A DNA stretch of 58,314 nucleotides, filler included, from Sphacelaria rigidula (lineage: Eukaryota), in the NCBI GenBank assembly GCA_964200075.2. It is 4 parts of 4 records of this genome, joined end to end, with 100 filler letters (N's around TTAATTAATTAA, not from the genome) between each part and the next. Parts side by side here need not be neighbours in the genome. Positions count along the whole stretch, not along the records: positions 43,814 to 58,314 come from CAXNAA020002219.1; 3 more parts are not named here. One strand, given 5' to 3'. The translations under genes and the position numbers were made by a program. A model generated the notes under the pieces. The model made no database searches. It saw only the letters and a list, made by a program, of their open reading frames with translations, and was not told the origin of the DNA. Below are positions 49,399 to 58,314 of the stretch, in pieces. Each line of letters begins with the position of its first letter. Position 1 is the stretch's first letter.

Positions 49399-52300
49399 GT
49401 ACGCAGTCTTTATCCTTACTATTTTGTCGCTCTCTATCTCCATCTGTCGCCATGTGCATTTGTTTGCATCATACATGATCCCATGATCGTGTGGGACTCC
49501 ACAAGCAAGGTTGCGAATTTGTTTTGTGACTTCGCTTGAGGTACAGTGTGTGATCGCATGTCTGCTGTCAGGTGCGGCACATGTTCCTGGTGCCTTCTTT
49601 CCTTTGCTCGTCTTGGTGATAGGACAGAACACATTATTTGTGTACAACGAACGGTCCTTTTGTGTTGAGCTCTCCATGCTTTCGGGTACATCGCAGGGTT
49701 CGGTTCCCTTTTTTTAGCCGCAATGATGTCTTCAGTCCATCCTGTCCAGAAGTTGTGTTGGATATAGATATACCTCTACCTGAAAAGCGATGGTTCTTCT
49801 CGGCCGCTACAGTACAGTCAGTAAAACTCTGGAGATTCCGCTTGGTGCCCAACGTGCACATTTGGCTATTCGTTACACTCGATGGCAGTAGCTACCGGAC
49901 TGAACGAGACGAGACCCGTATCATCGCAGTTTGAAGCATAGGTGGTGCGGCCTTAAAGCTGTCTGAACATATTCGCAGTTCGGACTGTACTAGGTGTCGT
50001 CCTGTCCCGTGTCGGCATGACTTTGACAGTGCGTTCTACTGTTGTCCAAGATGACTGAACGGCAGGCCAGTATAGTACACCAAGAAGTGCCGTGTGCATT
50101 GGGCAAGATCTTGTACTTGAATTGTACGATTACTAGAGAGACGGTAGCGGATACATGAGTGCCAGACTCGGAGCAGTACGAAGTACTTGATTCCTTTCGG
50201 CAGCATGCACGAGATACGAATTTAGCGGTGCAGCTTTGCTGTCTAGAGCTATCAACAAAGACAACACACGGAATAGTATTGCAGACTTCTACCTGATCCT
50301 ATCGTAGGTTGTGCTCGATGCATGGTATGGTCTGCGCGATGACACAGTGACAGCACATTTTTTTGTGCGCATAAGCACAGACCCCCTCGACTAGAATATG
50401 TCGGATTCTATCGGGTTATTTGTAACTTGTCTTATCAAGCCTACACATTTATGTACTTCAATCAAGGCTGACCATATTCGCTACATATTTTTTTGTTCGC
50501 TCCGTCCTGCAGCGGACTTGCACAACCGAATTCGACACTCTCTGCGTATCCATCCCGCCCTCCTCTCGCCACCATCCATTATATCACTCTCGTCGAGGCA
50601 TAACCACCGTTTTTGCCACAGCAGATTTGAACCCGTCTTCGCTCCCCAAAGTTAAATTTGTGCCGTGAAAAACCTCCGACTCGTGCAACATTTCGACTCT
50701 TGAATGCAAAGTTTTGTTGTGCGGTGATCTTTGACGGACAGTACAGGCAGTCCCGTGACAGGAATATAAAACGTCTCTCCCGTGGTGTTTGTCGTCAAAC
50801 GTACTTGCTGCTCCGGTGCCACAAAACCAACGGCGTCAACTGTCCCTGTCACCCACACAACTGTGTTTCATTCTTTGCTTGAGGTATTGGAGTTTTGTTG
50901 TGATGTGATCGTGTGTCGGTCCCTTCAAGGGGTCCACCTCTCCTGCAGTGTGTGGCCTGCATGGTACCGATACTTTCTCGGTTTTTGTGTGTTATGATGT
51001 GCTTGTTGGTCCGGACCTCCCATCATCACAGTGCTGTGAACAAGTAAAGCCCTTCCACACAACATGCTACAGTGACGCTCACGCTAGAAGTTCCAGAGCT
51101 CGCTGCTTCATGTGGGCAATGATGAATAACCCATTATCCCCCGTCCCCCCGGCCTCCCTTTCGCGATTTCGTCTGGTAACATTCCCGCAAGGTTCTAGAC
51201 GGTGTATCGGGTAGATGGTCGTTGAAACGGACGGACATTGGCGCGCAGGTCACAGTACAGTCCAGACAACAGTAGTGGCGGAAGGGCCGAATATGACAGA
51301 CTAGTCGTAACGGTTTCAGCCAACGGGCCTGGAGCAGTAGATTGCCCTGGTATAGTAAACAGCTCCCCCTTCCCACAACCCCACACCCTTTTGTTTGGGT
51401 GTTCGTCCATCATTCTGCCGTGTCTGTACCTTACACCGACATGTCCGTACATGCGTGACCACGTGTACTCTTAACTCTCTACTACACTACTCTATATTGG
51501 CGCAGACCTCTGCAACTCTCTCTATTGCTGTGTGTCCGGAGGAAAGGTGCGCTGCCGGACGCAGCGAATTCGAGGAAGACTCACGATGACTTGCGGATGC
51601 GCGCATATTTCAACAACGGTCCTTTTTTCTCGGAGTGGCCTTTCCAGTGGAAGTACTCACTATTCTGAACCCCGACTCGATAGCCTGCATGGTTAGTGTT
51701 TGACCCGTTTTTATGATAGGGGTATATCTCAAACTTGGGGTTCCTGCTATATTTCATAGTCAGTATTTTACAACGTACATACAGGTATCAAAATATTTTA
51801 CCATACCGGGTGTCCGAGTTTGAGATATTTCTGTGAAGAGTCCCTTTGAGCCCGCCAATATTGCTAAACAATGTAAAGGAGAAAAAAACAGATTGAAACA
51901 ACGACTCGTCGATTCCGGTTTGGACGAATATTTCACGCAACGACATCGTTTCTCATGAGTGGGTGACGCCTTGTCAGAGAAGAACACGTTTTTGAGGAAT
52001 GAAAAATTCGTTCATGAAGACAATGTTTCGGACAATCGCTGGAAAAATTGTCCTCACTTTTCACAACGGGTTGTTTTCTAGTTTCATGGAATGAAGTAGC
52101 CGAACCCTTGCCTGTTTACCCGATGGGATAGGAATACGAAGTCTTGAAAACGTATGGAATATATATGTACAGGTCTCTTGCCAGAAGCTCTAAGCACTTA
52201 TATCGACCGCGATACAAAAGTTGGCCGTGTAATGTGTCGATGGCGCGGAGTAATTGGGGACTGACATTGACCGTCTTTCGACAACGAATAGTATGTGATT

Positions 52301-52469
52301 TCGGCGCTGCCTCCCGTTCTTGCAATGTAGTGCCTGATGGGTGTACCATCGTTTCCCTGTGAGACACGAAGCATATGTTATCCTACCTCCTTCAGCGTTC
52401 GCGTGGTCTCATGAAAGCTGCAGCCCATGACCGAGTACAACTTTTTTTTCGAGGTTTGAACCCCGTATC

Positions 52470-52830
52470 GGTCGCCCCGGTGGTTCAGTTGGTGAGTTCG
52501 AAATCTTTTGACGGTTGGGTCGTGGGTTCAATTCTCGGAGCGATCTGGGATTTTCTCAGACAAGGCCCAACAGTGGAAAGCGACTAGTTCGTGGATACAC
52601 AAAATTCGACTAGACGGTCGACGAGGGAAAGGGACTACTGAACCCTTCTCGCGATAAAAAAGCAAAGGCAAGCACCGCAGAAGGAAAGGAGGGTACTAAA
52701 AAGAAATTAAGGAAGAAAAAGCTCCTGTGTTGACCTTGCTTCTGTGTGACCCCGGCTGGTGCGCTCACATATACCAGACGGTGTAAATCGGCGCCCAGAA
52801 CAGATGGGACGACAGCACACACAACACACA
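52470..52830 (+). mobile_element. tRNA-derived SINE-like element, full length (~360 bp)
   Basis: The head ggtcgccccggtggttcagttggt is A-box-like and gggttcaattc is B-box-like. A body of about 280 bp is shared with the other copies, followed by a CA-rich tail. Confidence 0.75.
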
Positions 52831-52874
52831 AGAAGTCATTTCCCTCGTTGATCGTGAAATCGAATTTGAACGCC

Positions 52875-53200
52875 GAAGCCTTGTCGCGGTAAAAAAAAAA
52901 GGCAAGCACCGCAGAAGGAAGGTGGAGTACCGAAATGTAACGAAGAAAATAAGAAAATTCCTGTGTTTGCCCTTCCTCCCGTGTGACCCCGGCTGATGCG
53001 CCCACATATATCTCGACAGGTGTAGACCACCAGAATAGATGGGATGACAACACGTACATAGGCGTTGGGGTGAAGGTGGAGTACTGTTATGAACAAAAAA
53101 CAGATCATGTGCTGGGCTTGCTGCTGTATATCCCCGGCTGATGCTCCCACATATACCGAAAGTGTAGACTTGCGTCGAAAAGAAATATTATGACAACCTA
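52875..53200 (+). mobile_element. Two 5'-truncated SINE-like copies in tandem
   Basis: The segment aaggcaagcaccgcagaaggaa...gtgtgaccccggctg...cacatata...agatgggatgacaac is repeated at ~52875-53060 and, more decayed, at ~53073-53200. Confidence 0.65.
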
Positions 53201-53888
53201 CATAGAAGACTTTGTTTTAAAAACATCGCCACGGAATAATGCTCAATGTATCCATTTCTCAAACTCTGTAAAGAGCGGCCTCCTTAGAGAATGAAAGGGT
53301 CGACTTCAAAGATGCGAAAAAAAGGAAAAGTCACGGGGGGACCGAGTGATACATGCGAGGAGTTCTGACTGCATGTTACGTACGGTGTTCGTCTTTATGG
53401 TTTTCCCGAGCACCCCTCCAACAGGACATTACACGAACACCGCAGCCACTGTATTCTCTGATTGCCATGGTGGGTCATCAGCTGAATCTGCATCACTTTT
53501 ACTTGTGTTATCGGGTTTTTCACCCAGATGACCCACTTTGGTGGCTTGAAAGTAGACAGGATTCGAGCGCCTATTCGACGAGCTGCTCCTTTTTTTAATA
53601 AGCCATCGCATCACCAGCCGTCTTATTATTCATATGTCTACCCGACAGTCTCGCGGGGTTTTGGAGGGTGACCACCGTAGGCGTTATTCGGCAGCCAGCT
53701 GGCAGGGTGGACGCTGTCTCGAGTCCCTCGTGATTTGAGATTCCACTCACGAACCACTCGAGCGACCTAGGTCTAAGATCGAACGGGTAATTAGATCTTG
53801 GATTGATCAAGATCAATCCGCCTATTCAGTGATGGACCCAACATGTTCGAGTGGGTATCGGGTCACAACTAACCAACGCAACGACCTC

Positions 53889-54250
53889 GTGTGTGTGTGT
53901 GTGTTGTCGTCCCATCTATCCTGGACGTCGGTCTACACCTTTCGGTATATGTGAGCCCATCAGCCGGGGTCACACAGAAGGAACATCAACACAGGAGCTT
54001 TGTCTTTTTTATTTGTTTTTAGTGCCCCGCCTTCCTTCTGCGGTGCTTGCCTCGGCTTTTTTATCGCGAGAGGAGTTCGGCACTCCCTTTCCCTCGTCGG
54101 CCGTTGGGTCGAATTTTGTGTACCCATGACATGGCCGCTCTTCACTGTTAGGCACAATGTGAGGAAAAATCCCAGATCGCTCCGAGATTTGAACCTCCGA
54201 CCCAACCGTCAGAAGATTTCGAGGTTGCCAACTGAGCCACCGGGGAGACC
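53889..54250 (-). mobile_element. tRNA-derived SINE-like element, full length
   Basis: Reverse complement of 52470-52830, with a (GT)n tail at 53889 and the head ...ccaactgagccaccggggagacc at 54250. Confidence 0.78.
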
Positions 54251-54958
54251 GGCTGCGACTCTGCGCAAACCTTGCCGACTAGTCCCCAAGAACAGTACGC
54301 CTGCGGTGGTCATTCTCCAAAAATATTGCGGGGCTGACAGAGGTATACGGCGGCCAATCGGCAGGTTGGATGCCGACTCGAATTTCCCTCGTGTTTACTT
54401 GTTGTTCAATATAGGTCATCAGAGAAATCCAGGTCTACATGTAGTTCACCTCCTCAGACAAATCTTCTATAGCAGTCACCAATCTCGGTTTGTATGCAAA
54501 TCGGGGCACTGAAAATTGGGAAACGCATTTTATGGACCTCAATCTAGGCCAAATCGGGGAAGCAAAAATCAGGATGGCAAGATTTGAGGATAATTGTTGT
54601 TAATTTTTCGGAAAAAATCGGGGGAGAGCGGAGTTCTCCCCGACTTCGAGCAAGGTGACATTGACGTACAATGGTAGGATGAGAACACTTGATATTTTTG
54701 CAACCGCAGCAGCAGACAGTCTCGTGACATCGCAGGGCATGCCGGCCCGCGGGGTGAAGCATCTTCTCACGGGTTTTTAACGGGCGGGTCATAAGTATTA
54801 ACCCCGTGCCCTGCGGCGATGGTAATATTTTATGCTGCACTGCGCTGCCGTATGTATCACCATAGCGAACGGTCCTGCGGTAGTGTACTGCCCTAGTCTG
54901 TTGTCGCCGTACGTGCAGGGTGATGTACGGCACTGCACCACTGAACTCTTCTCACACG

Positions 54959-54992
54959 CTGTTCACTGTTCACTGTTCACTGTTCACTGTTC
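54959..54992. repeat. Heptamer tandem repeat (ctgttca) x ~5
   Basis: Seen directly in the sequence. Confidence 0.85.
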
Positions 54993-55187
54993 TCGCCATA
55001 CCGACTGTGCCATCATGTATTACCACACGGCACTATCATGTACTGTAATGATGGATTGTCCTGCACTGTATTACCCTTCGGTATCACGGTACGACACTCT
55101 ACTCGAAGGCTCATTCACCGCCTGCCTGCTCTTCGGCTCCACAAGTACTGGTACGCGATTCCACCCATATTCAGAGGATGACTGTCC

Positions 55188-55542
55188 ATGTGTGCGTATT
55201 GTCCTCCCATTTATTCTGCACGCCGGTCTACACCTTTCGGTATACGTGGGCGCACCAGCCGGGGCAACACAGGAAGACGGCCAACACAGGAGTGTATTGT
55301 TTTTTCTTTTGTTTTAATTCTCCGCCTTCCTTTTGCGGTGCTTGCCTTTATTTACTTTCGCGAGAGAAGTTCAGTAGTCCCTTTCCCTCGTCGACCATTC
55401 TGTCGAATTTTTGTTCCCACAATATAGTCGCTCTCTACTGTTGGGATTGTGTGAGAAACAATCCCAGAACGCTCTGAGATTCGTACCCTCGACCCGACCG
55501 TCAGTAGGTTTCGAGGGTATCAACTGAGCCACCGGGGCGACC
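55188..55542 (-). mobile_element. tRNA-derived SINE-like element, full length
   Basis: Colinear with 53889-54250, with the head caactgagccaccggggcgacc. Confidence 0.75.
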
Positions 55543-55677
55543 CGCCCTTGTAAATAATTATTTCACAAATCTGTGAGACTACAGTATTGAACGGCCCGAA
55601 CAGGTCCGACTTCCGCAAATATGAGTCCCCCCGATCTCGCACAGATTGGGGTCTCCACACAATCGATCTTCGTTCCC

Positions 55678-55926
55678 GACAGTTTCTACGATAGCTCCAC
55701 CCCCCAAAAAACCAGCCCAAAGTGTCACTGAGTATGTCCATAGAGGGCCTGATGTTTGTGTTCAGGGTGCATGAAGCGCTTCATATTGGCGACATTGGCT
55801 AGAGCGAACCCAAGCGTGGGAATTCCCAGCTGCTCTTGGCGCTTGGCTTTCCCCATTTCGATTTACGTGGAGATTTTGCCCCCCCAAAACATGCACTTTT
55901 TGGTGGGGGGACTCGTTGAAAGTGTC
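55678..55926 (+). mobile_element. MITE family D copy
   Basis: Colinear with 2961-3220 and flanked by tccc/tccc, a possible 4-bp TSD. Confidence 0.78.
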
Positions 55927-57256
55927 TCCCATAAAAGTTCACTTCAGCGCCCATGCGCCAGCAGGCTACTTTTTTTTCTCCCCGCCGGGGATTCGGAATC
56001 GGCGTTTTGACGGAAGAGACAACACCCCCAAGTGAATAAGGGCTGGGCGGACCCGCAAGGCTATGGCCACATCTATCGCTCGTACCCGTTCCTGGTCATG
56101 TTTGCACACTAGTATAGAGTACCAGGAGCTGCTCCGCAATCGCGTACGCGATGTCTCTCCGCTTTTGAAAGCGTCAACGGCAACGCCACATTAGCGAGAC
56201 CCGAAGGCGAATAGGGCGCAGCCATGCTCTTGTTCCCCACAAGCATTTGAAAAACACGAGTTACACTGCAAAAAGGACAGCTCAACTCCGGCTGCTTAAC
56301 CATGCTAGGCTGCTATGATCCTATTTGTCAAAAATGAATATTTTTTTCAGCACCCGATCGCCCCGCTATGGTCGTCCTCGTCTACAACATCGTCATCCTC
56401 CACGAGACTGTTAAAAGCCGCAGCGGATCGCGTGCGCTCAAACAGGTTGAGCGGGCTGACTGACTATATTTTTTTGTTGCATGCGTCATTCTCAGGTGCG
56501 TCATGTGCCGAAGTCTTCCATTCAGAACGTTGACCGCGCTCGACTCACGTATGCGTATGCCACACAACATATACTGGTGGCACGATCACCTCTCCCGGTC
56601 ATCTTCCAAGGGACGGCATGTGCTATTGGTAAATAGTGGGTCATACACGTAAAGCTGGATCGACTGCAGAATCCCGAGAGAGTTCCGGTAACGGTTCAAT
56701 GAGAAACGAGTACATGCATCAACCATGGAATTGGGAACCAACCATCTTGCGGGAACGTGTATCTCCCTACATCTGAGACGGTCAAACCGAAAAGTTCAAC
56801 AACTGCAAACGACAACAACAGTCGTCCAGTTGTTCTGTAAAAACATAAACCAGAGCTGCTGCCTTTGCCGAGGGGCGGGGCGGGGCGACGTGGGGTGTGT
56901 GGGCGAAGGTTCGTGGAGAAAAGGGAGGATATCCCTATTCCTCACCGTAACAAAATACAGAATATGAGCCTTCTAACACGGGCGGTCTATGCTAGAGACA
57001 GCCGCAACAGTACCGAGGGATGTGTTGCTGCGGAAAACAAGCGCCAATTGCCGCTATCTACGCGGCGCCATGAACAAACTTCGGTTCTCAGAGAATATTG
57101 GAGCTTGTATATGAGGTCACAATGGGTGAGTCTTAGCGATTCGTATAGCTGAAAAGTCTCGATGTATGCCCAACCTTGAGCTTTGGACAGATCCTCCGCG
57201 TGACAACATGCATCGAGAGTTCTTGGGTGATTTTAGCGTTGTCTGATAATGGAGCT

Positions 57257-58040
57257 GGTCGCCCCGGTGGCTCAGTTGGTAACGTCGTATGAGCTGGGCC
57301 AGCCTAGAAGCTGCTAAAACTCGCCCACACCACAGCTTCCCCAATTTCCCGAATCAACCCGATGGAAGCATATGACTGTGAAGTGTAGACCAACCTGGTG
57401 ACACGGCACCGCCGCTGAGTGAAAAAAAAACTGAAAAAATGTACTGCATAATGTATAACCCCAACGACGAACGAAAAATAAAAATGTCGGGATTCGAACT
57501 CATGACCTCCATGATTGGAGTCTCCCATCACTTGATTTATAGGGGTGCAGCAACGTCACGGAAAATGTTGAAGGCAGGGTCCAATTCGACGACTCTTGAG
57601 CTAAAAATTTAGGGAGACCTTCTGCACGCAAGGAACTGATACTTCACGTGTCCAGCTGCAGATTCTTATTTTTTTCGTGGACTTCTGACATTATCTTGTT
57701 TTTGCTGAAATTTTAAACGCCTATAACTTTTTCTTCTTCTTTGCTGCTCACGTGATCTTCTGCATTTCCATCATAAAAATCTGCTGTCAAATTTCAGCGT
57801 CCAACTCCTCATATCGCGCCATGCGTCGCCTGAGCGAAATTCACACCTACTCTTGGCTGGCCCAGCTCGTAACCGTCTGATGGTTGGGGCGTGGGTTCGA
57901 ATGTCGGTGAAGTCACACGTCCTAGGATTTTTTTTCGCACCAAGCGTAACAGTGGAGAGCGACCCTGTCATTGGTACGCAAAAAAATATCTTCCTGAGCT
58001 GACGAGGGAAAGAGATCGCTAAACCCTTCTCGCGATGAAA
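57257..58040 (+). mobile_element. SINE-like copy split by a nested insertion
   Basis: The head ggtcgccccggtggctcagttggtaacgtc lies at 57257-57286. The element resumes at 57869 (gtaaccgtctgatggttggggcgtgggttcgaat...gacgagggaaa...cccttctcgcgat). Confidence 0.7.
57291..57868. mobile_element. 578-bp non-autonomous TIR element (GAG...CTC ends, 4-bp TSD-like flanks; Sola-like)
   Basis: A perfect 14-bp TIR (gagctgggccagcc / ggctggcccagctc) extends imperfectly to about 37 bp. Flanks are gtat/gtaa, and the element interrupts a SINE precisely. Confidence 0.78.
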
Positions 58041-58057
58041 ACGTTGTCGATCATAAT

Positions 58058-58087
58058 GTTGTTATTGTTGTTGTTGTTGTCGTTGTC
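58058..58087. repeat. Imperfect (GTT)n microsatellite
   Basis: tgttgttattgttgttgttgttgtcgttgt. Confidence 0.75.
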
Positions 58088-58314
58088 TCCAAATCAGCCC
58101 TTTGTGAACGCTCCCCTTCCGTTCCCGGGCTAGACAACTCATTCTTTCAAAGCCCAGACACATAACAAGAGATGGGAACAGAGAAGACCGACGACAACCA
58201 TTTCAAGGGTCGGACGAATAGTGATTCGTCTGAAAATTACTTGGTCTTAGTATGATAAAAGGACTCGTGACGAATCAATCCCTAGGCTTTATTGCAGCGT
58301 TGCAACCCAGGTAC

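Noticed and set aside
52470..52545. SINE heads as functional tRNA genes
   Set aside because: There is no complete acceptor stem, the copies are diverged, and each continues into a shared non-tRNA body.

Overview
This is eukaryotic, intron-rich genomic DNA, most consistent with a brown alga (Phaeophyceae) or a related stramenopile, inferred from the EsV-1-7 repeat gene, long GT-AG introns and MITE/SINE-rich non-coding DNA. It is not one locus. It is four unrelated contigs of about 14.5 kb (1-14505, 14606-29110, 29211-43713, 43814-58314), sorted by length and joined by artificial N44-TTAATTAATTAA-N44 linkers. Contig 1 holds an 11-exon, 3'-truncated gene for a PH domain + two hydrophobic helices + EDR2 C-terminal (DUF1336) protein, with one GC-AG intron, among several MITE families. 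Contig 2 holds a gene with five EsV-1-7-type C-X4-C-X15-C-X2-H repeats and a Ser/Pro/Gly-rich tail of about 620 aa. Contig 3 holds a complete 4-exon 40S ribosomal protein S12 (eS12) gene and decayed transposon remnants. Contig 4 holds a low-complexity hypothetical gene and a cluster of tRNA-derived SINE-like copies, one of which is split by a GAG...CTC-terminated, Sola-like MITE. I found no prokaryote-type system (CRISPR, operon, defence island). The best leads are the EsV-1-7 repeat protein, the START-less PH-TM-DUF1336 architecture and the nested SINE/MITE. Gene models were built by hand from splice signals and reading-frame continuity, and domain names come from motif recognition, not from a database search.
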